A DNA stretch of 64,000 nucleotides, taken from the NCBI GenBank assembly GCA_963662335.2, contig CAXXVD010000001.1:32001-96000 (forward strand), in the 5' to 3' direction. Shown here in pieces: positions 51,068-60,076 of this stretch. The notes beneath the pieces were generated by a model that was not told where the DNA came from, did not search any database, and saw nothing but the letters and a program-made list of their open reading frames with translations. How positions within the stretch are numbered: the first letter of the stretch is position 1; each line of letters opens with the position of its first letter. The translations under genes were made by a program, and so were the position numbers. This DNA is from Chloroflexota bacterium (lineage in GTDB: Bacteria > Chloroflexota > UBA11872 > VXOZ01).

Positions 51068-52354
51068 CTACTGCGCCGGGGCCTCGTAGCGCACGACTTC
51101 CAGTTCCTCAATGCGTTCGTCCGCCGTGAATTGCCAGACGCCCATGAAACCGCGCCGCAGATCGCCGTTTTCATCCCAGTCCATCGTAGTGGCGGCCCCG
51201 TCGTAGTCAATCGCGCCGCCTTCCGCCAGTGTTTTCAGTGCCGCCGCGATGCCTGCCGCGCCCGCGATCACCGTCGTGCCCGGCGGGCCGCCAATCTCCC
51301 GCAGGCGGTCGCGAATGGCGGCGCCTGCCACGCTGGCGGCCGCCTGGGCGGCCAACGCGAGCGCAATGGTGGCGTCATACGTCTCTTTGACGTAGGCGTA
51401 TTCCGGCAGGGCGCCGTAGGCGGCGGCGTACGCCTCCTCCCACGCGGCCGCGGAAGCGCTGGCGGGATCGGACGTGCCGGCCGTGCCGTACGCGCCGGCC
51501 AGCCGCTCGCCGCCAATCGCCCGCGCCAGCGCCGGACTCTTCGCGGCGTCGCCAAAGGCAAACCGCTCGTACAACTCTTGCGCCAGCGCCTCGCGCACGA
51601 TTGCTGCAGCGGCTTCCTCGAACGCGATTACGATCAGCGCCTGCGCGCCGCCGGCCGCGCTTTCCCGCACGCTGTCGGCAGCCGAGTCCGCATCCGGATC
51701 GAACTTCACCAGAGTGATTTCGCCTTCCCAGGCGGCGGCGAACGCGCCGGCCAGCCCTTGGCCCCAGGCGTCGTCATAGTAGATGACACCGACGTTGGTG
51801 AAGCCGCGCTCGCGGGTGACGCGCGCCAGCACCGGGCCTTGGGCGCTATCCGAAAGCGCGGTGCGGAAGAAGAAGTCGTTGTCCGCCGCCGTCGTCAGCA
51901 GCGGCGAGGTGGCCGAGGGGCTGATGAGCGGTATGCCCGCCGGCCCGGCCACGCGCTCGGCCACGGGCAGCGAATTTGCGCTGGAATTGGGGCCGACGAA
52001 AGCGTGCACGCCTTCATCCGCCAGCAGCCGGCGCGCCGCCAACATGGCCACTTCCGGATAACGGGTGGTGTCCGCCACTACGCTTGCCACCGGCAGCCCG
52101 AACACGCCGCCGCCGGCATTGACGTGCTCGATTGCCAGATTGAAAGCGCGCTCCCGCTCGCTTGCCCGCTCAGAGGTCCCCAGGCTGAAGTTTAGCAATA
52201 GGCCAAGCTTAAGCGGGGTGTCTGCTGCCGCCGTTTGCGACGTAGCCGCCGTCTCACGGTACTCCACGCGCCCGCACGCCGCGCCGCCGCCCAGCGCAAG
52301 CGCGCCCAGCCCGGCGCCCGCCAAGCGCAAAAATCGCCGCCGTCGCAATTCCAT
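51068..52354 (-). CDS. Branched-chain amino acid type ABC solute-binding lipoprotein
   Basis: RRRRFL, AAC lipobox, VNAGGGV.G, ISPSATSP, FFRTA.SD..QG, YDA, WDENGD. Confidence 0.85.
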   Translation of the reverse strand: MELRRRRFLRLAGAGLGALALGGGAACGRVEYRETAATSQTAAADTPLKLGLLLNFSLGTSERASERERAFNLAIEHVNAGGGVFGLPVASVVADTTRYPEVAMLAARRLLADEGVHAFVGPNSSANSLPVAERVAGPAGIPLISPSATSPLLTTAADNDFFFRTALSDSAQGPVLARVTRERGFTNVGVIYYDDAWGQGLAGAFAAAWEGEITLVKFDPDADSAADSVRESAAGGAQALIVIAFEEAAAAIVREALAQELYERFAFGDAAKSPALARAIGGERLAGAYGTAGTSDPASASAAAWEEAYAAAYGALPEYAYVKETYDATIALALAAQAAASVAGAAIRDRLREIGGPPGTTVIAGAAGIAAALKTLAEGGAIDYDGAATTMDWDENGDLRRGFMGVWQFTADERIEELEVVRYEAPAQ

Positions 52355-52427
52355 TGTGCTTCCCCTACTCTATTGGCTGCGAGAGCGGACACGGCTTGCC
52401 AGCCACTCTGCGCCGCGTCAAATGAGG

Positions 52428-53396
52428 CTAATCGCTGCTTTCGCCGTCAGACTGCGCCGTCAGCGCCGCGCTTACCTCCCACAGCCGCCGCGCCGCATCC
52501 GCATCGCGCGAAGCGGGCGAGGATTCGACGGCTGCGCGCCGCTCGAAATAGCGTCCGCTCACCCCGGCCACCTCGGGCGCCGCGGCCAGGTAGATTGCCG
52601 TATCGGCTCCCTGCGCGGGCGTGAGCAGCAGCGGACGCGCCAGCTTGACCGCAAGTCCCACCGGCTTGGGCACGTGCCGGAAGAGCGCCGTCGCCACCAC
52701 GCCGGGGTGCAGGCAGTTTGCCGTCACGCCCGTTCCCTCCAGGCGGCGCGCCAATTCATAGGTGAAATACACGTTCGCCAGTTTCGTTTGGCTGTAGACG
52801 TCGAACGGCACATACGCCCGCTTGTTCTGCAAGTCGTCGAAGTCGAGCGCGACCCGCCGGTGCGCCCCGGAACTGACAGTCACAATCCGCGACGGCGCGC
52901 TGGCCTTGAGCCGCTCGAGCAAGAGATTTGTCAGCAGGAACGGCGCGAGATGATTGACCGCGAACGTCAACTCCAGCCCCTGCTCATCGGTCAGCCGCCG
53001 CTGCCAGGGCGTCACGCCCGCGTTGTTCACCAGCACGTCGAGGCGGTCGAATTCATCCAGGATCGCCGCGGCCGCCTCACGCACCTGCCGCTGGGAACTG
53101 AAGTCGGCAATAAGCAGCGAGACGGCGTCGTTGCCGCAGCGTTCCTTGATTTCCCGCAGCGCTTCACCGCCCCGGGACTCGCTGCGGCAAACCAGCGCCA
53201 CCGTCGCGCCCAGCCGCGCCAAAGCCAGCGCCGTCTCCTTGCCGATGCCGGAATTCGCGCCGGTAACGACACAGACCTTGCCGCGCATGTCGGCGTCAAC
53301 AGCCGGGAAATCCGGTTTCTTCATGCGGCGGATACCGGCAATTCCCGTCCCAAGGTTGGATGCCGCTACCCGCGCTTTGCCGACAACGTCTCGCAT
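52428..53396 (-). CDS. SDR family oxidoreductase (retinol dehydrogenase-like)
   Basis: TGANSGIG, NNAG, VNHLAPF, YSQTK, HPG; start uncertain. Confidence 0.9.
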   Translation of the reverse strand: MRDVVGKARVAASNLGTGIAGIRRMKKPDFPAVDADMRGKVCVVTGANSGIGKETALALARLGATVALVCRSESRGGEALREIKERCGNDAVSLLIADFSSQRQVREAAAAILDEFDRLDVLVNNAGVTPWQRRLTDEQGLELTFAVNHLAPFLLTNLLLERLKASAPSRIVTVSSGAHRRVALDFDDLQNKRAYVPFDVYSQTKLANVYFTYELARRLEGTGVTANCLHPGVVATALFRHVPKPVGLAVKLARPLLLTPAQGADTAIYLAAAPEVAGVSGRYFERRAAVESSPASRDADAARRLWEVSAALTAQSDGESSD

Positions 53397-53485
53397 CGCA
53401 TTCACCGCCGCGCCCCTACGGACGCTCTTTACACTCGAAGCGGACGGCCCGCGTTCTACTTGAAAGGCTTAACGTGCTCTAGCGC

Positions 53486-54967
53486 TCAGTGCCGCACGTC
53501 AATCGGCCAGTACTCCGTATGCGCGCCGGGCTGTCCCTGGTTGCGCATCTCGGCTTCGGGCACGTGCAGCGGAGGGCGTTCCGGCAGCGCCCCGTTCTCC
53601 AGCAGTCCGCCGCCGCGATCCCGCTGCCGCCGGATAAGTTCATCCCGCAACTCTTCCTTCTTGGCAACCGCTTCAGACGCATGAGCGAGGTTGCGCCGCT
53701 CCTGGGGGTCGGACTCCAGGTCGAAAAGCTGCTCGGCGGGGCCCTCCGGATACCACATATATTTCCACCGTCCATCCGTAAGCGCCAGATAGACGCAGGC
53801 GAGGCGCAGGTCCTTGCCCGTCGGGCCCGGCCCGTTCATGCCTTCCAGGTATTGCCGGGGCGACTCATGCTCGCCTCGCGCCACCGCCACCAGGTCCTGG
53901 CCGTCCGTATCCGCTGGCGGCTCGCCGCCGGCCGCATTCAACAGCGTTGGCAGAATGTCCGCGTGTGTAACCGGCGACGACACCTCCGTCCCGTGGCAGC
54001 GGTTGTCCCAGCTACTCGGCATGCGCAGCGCGAACGGCACGTGCGCCGACGGTTCGTGGAAGTGGCTCTTGGCCCCGGCGCGGTGATCGCCCAGGAACTC
54101 GCCGTGATCGGAGGTATAGATGATAAGCGTCTCGTGATACAGCCGCAGGTCTTCCAGCGCGCTGTACACCCGCGCCAGGTTGTAGTCGATCTGCGTAATC
54201 AGGCCGTAGTAGGCGGCACGCGCCTCGCGAATGACCTCCGGCGGCAGGATGTCGTAGGAACGGCGGCTCTGCTGCTTGGCAAAGGCCGGCGGACACTCTT
54301 CGGTCTCCCGCCAGTCGCCTATCACCGGCGCCGGTATGGGCGCATTGCGGTACATCGAGTAGTACGGCTCCGGCGGATCGAACGGCGGGTGCGGCTTGGT
54401 GAACGAACACCACAGGAAGAACGGCACGGATGGGTCCCGGCGGAAGTGGATGTACTGCACGCACTGCTCCGCAATCCAGGAGGTCAAGGTCTGCGCTTCC
54501 GGCACGGTGGCCATGCCGGGGTAGAGTTCGTTCTGGCCCAGGCCGTGCCGCATCGGCTGCAACTCACTACCCGAATGGCGCATCTGGCGGTAGTAGTCGT
54601 CGGGCAGGATCATCTCGTCGAAGCCGTGCCGCGCCCGCTCCGGCCCGAAGTGCATCTTGCCGACGGCGATCGTCTGGTAGCCCAGTTCCCGCAAGTGCCA
54701 CGGCAGCGTGCCTTCCCGGCCCAGAATCTTCGAGCTGATGCCGTTGCCGGTCATGCCGTGGGAAAAGACCTGCTTGCCGGTCATGATGCCCATGCGCGAA
54801 GGCACGCAGACCGGATCGTCCGTATAACCGCTGGTGAAAGTAACGCCTTCGTAGCGCAGGCGGTCGTAGTGCGGCGTGCGCAGGAAGGACGGCCCGGCCC
54901 CGCCGGAGGCGTCGTAACGCTGCTGGTCGGTCGTAATCAGCAGGATGTTTGGTTGCGCTGCCGCCAT
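53486..54967 (-). CDS. Formylglycine-dependent sulfatase
   Basis: PNILLITTDQ, CVPSR (CxPxR), GKMH, PHPP, TSDHG, LFDL..DP.E. Confidence 0.92.
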   Translation of the reverse strand: MAAAQPNILLITTDQQRYDASGGAGPSFLRTPHYDRLRYEGVTFTSGYTDDPVCVPSRMGIMTGKQVFSHGMTGNGISSKILGREGTLPWHLRELGYQTIAVGKMHFGPERARHGFDEMILPDDYYRQMRHSGSELQPMRHGLGQNELYPGMATVPEAQTLTSWIAEQCVQYIHFRRDPSVPFFLWCSFTKPHPPFDPPEPYYSMYRNAPIPAPVIGDWRETEECPPAFAKQQSRRSYDILPPEVIREARAAYYGLITQIDYNLARVYSALEDLRLYHETLIIYTSDHGEFLGDHRAGAKSHFHEPSAHVPFALRMPSSWDNRCHGTEVSSPVTHADILPTLLNAAGGEPPADTDGQDLVAVARGEHESPRQYLEGMNGPGPTGKDLRLACVYLALTDGRWKYMWYPEGPAEQLFDLESDPQERRNLAHASEAVAKKEELRDELIRRQRDRGGGLLENGALPERPPLHVPEAEMRNQGQPGAHTEYWPIDVRH

Positions 54968-54979
54968 CGCGCCTAGTCC

Positions 54980-56005
54980 CTAAAGCTCCTGATACGCCTC
55001 GACCACGTTCTGCCACGCCAGCGCCGGATCGCCGCCCCGGTGGTAGGCGGTGCCGCCCGGTTCGCCCCGGAACGACCACACGGCCAGCATGTCCGCGCCC
55101 ATCTCCGCCGCCGCCAGCAAACTGCGCTTCACGTCCGGCTCTCGCTTGGGCGGCATCCAGATCGACTGCACCCAGATTTGGCACGGTTTCTGATACTTGC
55201 GAGAAAGGTCAATCGCCTTGCGCGTGTTCTCCTCGAAGTACTCCCAGTCGCCGCCGCGGCGGTGAATCCAATAGGGGTCGGTGGAGAAGACGTCCACCTC
55301 CGGCAGCGCCACGAACGGCTCCCAATCGTCAACGCCGTACCAGCCGGGGCCGGACGACGGGCTCTTGTCGCTATCGTCCAGCGGCATGAGGCAGAGCACG
55401 TTCTCGCCGCCGCCCACTTCCCTACCGACCCGCAACAGCCGCGTCAGGAAGATTTGCAGCGAATCCTGGCGAAACTGCCGCACGTCGTGGTCGAGTTGGG
55501 TCGGCATGGCGCGCTTGAACCGGCGCGAAAACGCCTCCTGGCACGCGGCGCAGCGGCACGCCCACACGTCGGGAAAGTTGCTGTCGCTGGAAAAGTGCGG
55601 CTCGTCCCAGAAGACGCCGTCCGGCGCAAAGTGCGGGATGATTTCCCGCGCGCGCTCCTCCATCCAGTCGGCGTACGCCGGGTTGTTCGGGCACGCCATC
55701 GCTTCGGCGGAACGGACGCCGTTGGAGAAGAACTGCGCGGCCTCCGGGTGCGCCAGGAGATAGCGCGTGGACTGGATATAGGAGGCGAACGCGCCAAAAC
55801 CGTGCCAGTTCAGGTAGACTTTCAGCCCCAACTCCCGCGCTTTCGCCACAATGCGTTCCCGCGCCGCGCGGAAGAGGTACCAGTCGGTCTCGTTCAACGT
55901 CATGTTGATCGAGGTGCAGCCGGCGGCCTTGATCTCTTCCAAGTCCTGATCGTTGTGGTGCGGATACCACCCGCCCGCATAGGCCACGTTCTTGTCAATG
56001 ACCAT
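54980..56005 (-). CDS. Putative glycoside-hydrolase-like TIM-barrel protein
   Basis: DLEEIKAAGC, ACPNNP, GVFWDEPH, CRCAAC, STDPYW resemble GH-A/GH42-like proteins; family not assignable by eye. Confidence 0.55.
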   Translation of the reverse strand: MVIDKNVAYAGGWYPHHNDQDLEEIKAAGCTSINMTLNETDWYLFRAARERIVAKARELGLKVYLNWHGFGAFASYIQSTRYLLAHPEAAQFFSNGVRSAEAMACPNNPAYADWMEERAREIIPHFAPDGVFWDEPHFSSDSNFPDVWACRCAACQEAFSRRFKRAMPTQLDHDVRQFRQDSLQIFLTRLLRVGREVGGGENVLCLMPLDDSDKSPSSGPGWYGVDDWEPFVALPEVDVFSTDPYWIHRRGGDWEYFEENTRKAIDLSRKYQKPCQIWVQSIWMPPKREPDVKRSLLAAAEMGADMLAVWSFRGEPGGTAYHRGGDPALAWQNVVEAYQEL

Positions 56006-56110
56006 CTGGCGTTACCTTCCTGTCTCTCGCCTATGCGCCGCACAAACGAAGTTCATGAATCGGGACCGCCATCGCTTTGAGTGTCAGGTGCAACGTAGAC
56101 CGGTGTCCGG

Positions 56111-56260
56111 CTGCCGCGACGCAACTCTGGTAGCTGCTGTCACTCCAACTGCTGCGACGAAACGCTGGTAGCTCCTGTCATTCCAACTGCCGCGACGAAA
56201 CGCTGGTAGCTCCTGTCATTCCAACTGCCGCGACAAAACGCTGGTAGCTCCTGTCATTCC
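56111..56260. repeat. 4 x 38-bp tandem repeat ending in the REP terminus TGTCATTCC
   Basis: Units at 56111, 56149, 56187, 56225; consensus CTGCCGCGACGAAACGCTGGTAGCTCCTGTCATTCCAA. Confidence 0.93.
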
Positions 56261-56355
56261 GAGCGTAGCGAGGAATCTAGGGCCGTAGCGCAACAACACT
56301 CCGGCCCTTTGGCGCCCTAGATTCCTCACTGCGCTGCGCTTCGTTCGGAATGACA
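56252..56355. repeat. REP-like palindromic element, family A variant
   Basis: TGTCATTCCGAGCGTAGCGAGGAATCTAGGG...CCCTAGATTCCTC...TTCGGAATGACA. Confidence 0.88.
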
Positions 56356-56433
56356 GGGAAGAGGGCTTTGTGTTGCGCCCGGATCACTCACTTCTTCCAC
56401 CGATTCTGTCAACGAATGAGCAAACATATGCTC

Positions 56434-56497
56434 TTTCGGGGCAGGCCGGAATTCATCTTGCCCTTGCCACCTGGACTCCGGCTTCCGCCGGAGTGAC
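56434..56497. repeat. Degenerate family-D-like REP
   Basis: GCAGGCCGGAATTCA...TGGACTCCGGCTTCCGCCGGAGTGAC resembles 31894-31963. Confidence 0.6.
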
Positions 56498-56545
56498 GCA
56501 TCTAAATCCGGCGTAACGCGCTCAACCCTGGCGTGACGGGCGCAT

Positions 56546-57670
56546 TCAACGGATCTTCCCCCGCGCCCAGATCGGCCAAATCGCCACCACCTCGCCGTTG
56601 CGGTGCATCACCACTTCGTCGAAGTTGTTCGTCGCGCCGCAGGCGTGGTTGGGAATCACCGACACCCGCTCGCCGATTTCCGGTGTCCGTTCGCATTGGC
56701 TCACGTCCACGTGGCCGTGCTCCTCGGACTGCGCGAACACGCGGGCCTCCGGGTACTCGATGATGTGGCAGAACTTGCTGCGCGGATCGCCATCCTGGGG
56801 CATGTCGCTGGTGAACGTCTTGGTGCCGCCGTCCAGGATCACCCGCTCCGGCGTCGGCTTGCTCACCACCGTGCAGATGAAGCGCTGGGCGCACTGGGCG
56901 TAGGTCATCACGCCGTTGCTGACCGTATTGCGGTCGCCGTAGTTGAACGTGCCCACCCGCACCTCGGTCGCGTGGGGAGTCCGGTGCAGGTCGTGGAAGT
57001 CCACCGAACCGCCGCCGCTGACGATCTCCGGCGGCAGGCCCTGCTGGTTAAAGTACTCCCACGCTCCGGCCGCCGCCGCCTGCTGGTCCGGTTTCGTCGT
57101 GGGATACATCATCAGGCCGCGAAAGTGCACGCCCGGCAGCTTGTCGATCACTTTGGCAAGGGCCAGGGCGTCTTCTTTGGTCGCCACGCCGGTGCGCTCG
57201 AAATCCGGCATGGCGAGTTCCACCACCAGGTTGATCGGATGATTGGGGTCGGCAAAGGCGGAGATGCCGCGCGCCGTGTACTCCGAATCCACCGTGAGCG
57301 TAATGTCCGTCAGTTGCGAGACCGCGCGCAGGCGCTCGAGCTTCTGCCGGCCCATCACGTTGTAGCAGAGCATGATGTCGCCGGTGATGCCGGCTTCCAC
57401 CATCACCTCCACCTCGCCCAATTTCTGGCACGCAATGCCGGCGGCCCCGGCGTCTAGCTGCATCTTGGCGATGTAGGTAACTTTGTGCGTCTTGATGTGG
57501 GGACGGTTGTTCAGGCCGTGAGCGTCGCAGTACGCCTGCAACTCGTTGATGTTCGCCTGCAAGCGGTCTAAGTCCACCACCATGGCCGGCGTATCGAGGT
57601 CGTCGATCGTCAGCGGTTTGCCGCGTGTTGGCGCCGCCATCGTTTCCGTCGCTTCTGCCGCGCTCGTCAT
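56546..57670 (-). CDS. D-threonine aldolase / D-serine dehydratase-like PLP enzyme (alanine racemase fold)
   Basis: LDTPA, RPHIKTHK, CQKLGE, RTGV, SGGGS, DGGTKT, SEEHG, IPNHAC. Confidence 0.88.
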   Translation of the reverse strand: MTSAAEATETMAAPTRGKPLTIDDLDTPAMVVDLDRLQANINELQAYCDAHGLNNRPHIKTHKVTYIAKMQLDAGAAGIACQKLGEVEVMVEAGITGDIMLCYNVMGRQKLERLRAVSQLTDITLTVDSEYTARGISAFADPNHPINLVVELAMPDFERTGVATKEDALALAKVIDKLPGVHFRGLMMYPTTKPDQQAAAAGAWEYFNQQGLPPEIVSGGGSVDFHDLHRTPHATEVRVGTFNYGDRNTVSNGVMTYAQCAQRFICTVVSKPTPERVILDGGTKTFTSDMPQDGDPRSKFCHIIEYPEARVFAQSEEHGHVDVSQCERTPEIGERVSVIPNHACGATNNFDEVVMHRNGEVVAIWPIWARGKIR

Positions 57671-57873
57671 GTTCGCCTCACTTTCCCGTTTCGTTGACTC
57701 GCAGTATGCATACGATACCATAGAACCGCTTGCCTCTCCCCGCGCGCGGGCGCGCCGATTAACCGCAAACGGCAACGGCGGCGTCTCCGGGCCGGCTTCA
57801 CACAATCGGCGCGGGTGTGGCAAAGTAGTCATCATGGCCGTGCACGACCACAGAATGAAGTGAAAAGTAATCT

Positions 57874-58055
57874 ACATCTCTCCGTTCGTGCTGAGCCTGT
57901 CGAAGTATGAACGGAGAGATGTGCGCGCGGAGTTTCTCCACGCTCAATCCGCCGTTCGTGTTGAGCTTGTCGAAGCATGAACGGGAAGATGGGTGTGCGG
58001 AGTTTCTCCACGCTCAATCCGCCGTTCACCCTTCGACGCCGCTCAGGGCGAACGG
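57874..58055. repeat. REP family B cluster with 70-bp tandem duplication
   Basis: CCGTTC starts at 57882, 57952, 58022; first two are GAGC..TCGAAG..GAACGG hairpins, third is the inverted partner CCGTTCACCCTTCGAC..GCTCAGGGCGAACGG. Confidence 0.88.
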
Positions 58056-58148
58056 CTCGGTGACGAAACTCTCGGAGTACTGACGGAGTCTGTCGAGCGC
58101 CTTTTGCGGCAAGCGTTACAATCCACGACGAAACGAAGGAGCAACCTC

Positions 58149-59450
58149 ATGGCCGACCCGGCGCAGCGCATCGACGAGTGGGTAGCGGCGCACAGCGACG
58201 AGCTCATCCGGTTTCTGCAAGAACTGGTGCGGATTCCCTCAGAGTCGCTCCCGCCGGAGGGGCACGAGGCCGCGGCCCAGGAATTCGTGGCGCAGGCGTT
58301 CCGGCAGGCCGGCGCGGACGTGGACGTCTTCGACCCGATCGACGTGCCCGGCCTCACCGAGCACCCCGTCTACCATCCGGTCTGGGGCGACATGCCGCGC
58401 AATCTGGAGAACCGGCCGTGTGTGGTCGGCGTCTTTCGCGGCAGCGGCGGCGGCAAGTCGATGCTTATGTCGAGTCACATCGACACCGTCGGCGCGGACG
58501 ACCCGGCGCTGTGGACGGACGCCCCGCCGTTTAGCGCCGCCATCATCGACGGCAAGATGTACGGCCGCGGCACGTACGATACCAAAGCCGGCATCGCCAC
58601 CGCCCTCTTTGCGATCCAGTGCCTCCGCGAACTAGGGCTGCCTCAGAGAGGCGACGTGATCGTGGAGAGCGTCTCGGATGAAGAATTCGGCGGCTCACAC
58701 GGTACGCTGGCCTGCCGCCTGAAAGGCTACAACGCCGACATTGCCATCAACTGCGAGCCGACGAACATGCACGTGGCCGCGGCCACCCGCGGCGGCGGAC
58801 AGTGGAAGATCACCGTGCGCGGCGAAGCCGGCATGGCGCTGGGCGGCGTGGAGCGCGTGAGTTCGTCGTACAAGATCGCCTGGGTCATCGAGGCGCTGCG
58901 CCAATACAACCTCAAGCGCAATGCGGAAATCCCCACCCCGCCGCTCTACGCCCACGAGCCGGGCCTGCCGCTCTACGTCTCGCAGATTGGCGGCGGCGGC
59001 AATACCTTTGCCGAAGACCAGGGCGCGGCGCCGCCCTCCTGCTACGCCAACATGTGGTGCGAGGTCTACCCGGGCACCACCAAAGAAGAGCACGTGCGCG
59101 AGGTCAAGGCCTTTGTCAATAGCTATCTGGATAGCATCGAAGGTTTCGACGGCGAGTACCCGGAGTACGAACTGGAACTGCGCTTCCTACCGGGCAGCGA
59201 GACGAGCACCGACCATCCCATCTTCAACCACCTGGAGAGCGCCTACCAAGCGGCCAACCGCGAATACGTCGTCCAGGGCGCGCCCTTCGCCTCCGACGGC
59301 TACGTCTTCAACCTGCACAGCCCTACGCCCGTCGTCACCGTCGGCGTCGGCGGCGACAACGCCCACGCGCCCAACGAGTACATCCACGTGCAAGACCTGA
59401 TAGACCTCACCCGCATCTTCGCCCGCACGATGCTCTCGTGGTGCGGCTAG
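58149..59450 (+). CDS. M20/ArgE/DapE family metallo-deacylase
   Basis: SHIDTV, GRGTYDTKAG, SDEE, CEPT, NAHAPNE; AAGGAG RBS. Confidence 0.88.
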   Translation: MADPAQRIDEWVAAHSDELIRFLQELVRIPSESLPPEGHEAAAQEFVAQAFRQAGADVDVFDPIDVPGLTEHPVYHPVWGDMPRNLENRPCVVGVFRGSGGGKSMLMSSHIDTVGADDPALWTDAPPFSAAIIDGKMYGRGTYDTKAGIATALFAIQCLRELGLPQRGDVIVESVSDEEFGGSHGTLACRLKGYNADIAINCEPTNMHVAAATRGGGQWKITVRGEAGMALGGVERVSSSYKIAWVIEALRQYNLKRNAEIPTPPLYAHEPGLPLYVSQIGGGGNTFAEDQGAAPPSCYANMWCEVYPGTTKEEHVREVKAFVNSYLDSIEGFDGEYPEYELELRFLPGSETSTDHPIFNHLESAYQAANREYVVQGAPFASDGYVFNLHSPTPVVTVGVGGDNAHAPNEYIHVQDLIDLTRIFARTMLSWCG

Positions 59451-59503
59451 CGGCGGTTAGTATTGAGAGATGGAGAGTAGGTAGGGGTGAGCGCTAAGCG
59501 AGA

Positions 59504-59712
59504 CTCTTGACTGACCCGCGCCTAATCATCGTCACCACGTTGCGGTGCACGCGCTCCTTCAGGAAGAACCTGCCTTCAATCAGTACAACTGCTTTCGGTT
59601 GCACGGATGCCACGCACCCACCAAAGAGAAGGGAAAAGCCCCAAGGGTTCGGCCCTGCTCGCAATTGCCGGAAAATCCGGGAGCCGGGCGTACTGCCAAG
59701 GGGCGGATGTAC
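59504..59712 (-). ncRNA. Candidate structured non-coding RNA, family unknown
   Basis: Follows a sigma70-like promoter; hand-folded into two nested domains with G-U pairs on the minus strand and a GAAA tetraloop; no credible CDS downstream on this strand. Confidence 0.5.
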
Positions 59713-59717
59713 TTCAA

Positions 59718-59746
59718 AGAGTAACATCGTCCGAAACTAGCGTCAA
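59718..59746 (-). promoter_or_regulatory. Sigma70-like promoter
   Basis: TTGACG, 17-bp spacer ending TGT, TACTCT on the minus strand. Confidence 0.6.
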
Positions 59747-59785
59747 CCACCATGCGGGAGATTCGGCATGCCCGGCCGCCGGCGT

Positions 59786-60076
59786 CTAGACACGCACGGC
59801 CTCCCGCTGCACGTACGGCTTGATTTCCGGTCGCAGGCTCTTTTCGGTAACGAGGTCCACGGGGCGCCCCAGCACGTCCTCAAGGTAGAATTGCGCGCCA
59901 AAGAAGCGCCGCCAATCCGCCGGGCCGTCAAAGCTGATCAAGATGTCCACGTCGCTGCCCTCTTCCACTTCATCGCGGGCGATCGAGCCGAAGAGCGAAA
60001 GCGCGGTGACACCGAAGCGCTCCGCCAGCGCCGCCTTGTGCTCTCGCAGCAACTTCAACGTTTCTTCTCTATTCAT
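59786..60076 (-). CDS. Minimal nucleotidyltransferase (MntA-type antitoxin), apparently orphan
   Basis: 96 aa, FGV..L.LFGSIARDEVEEGSDVD (GSx10DxD), LEDVLGRPVDLVT; GAGG RBS. Confidence 0.9.
   Translation of the reverse strand: MNREETLKLLREHKAALAERFGVTALSLFGSIARDEVEEGSDVDILISFDGPADWRRFFGAQFYLEDVLGRPVDLVTEKSLRPEIKPYVQREAVRV

Noticed and set aside
56111-56260. Possible CRISPR array
   Set aside because: Units are contiguous with no unique spacers
59625-59700. Cobalamin riboswitch-like words on the plus strand (AAGGGAA, CGCAA, AGCC...CTGCC)
   Set aside because: The conserved GGUG..AA.UCC arm is missing, there is no downstream plus-strand gene, and pairing favours the minus strand
59494-59727. 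77-aa ORF as the HepT toxin
   Set aside because: No RxxxxH HEPN context or DUF86 features, no RBS, and its ATG lies inside the predicted promoter spacer
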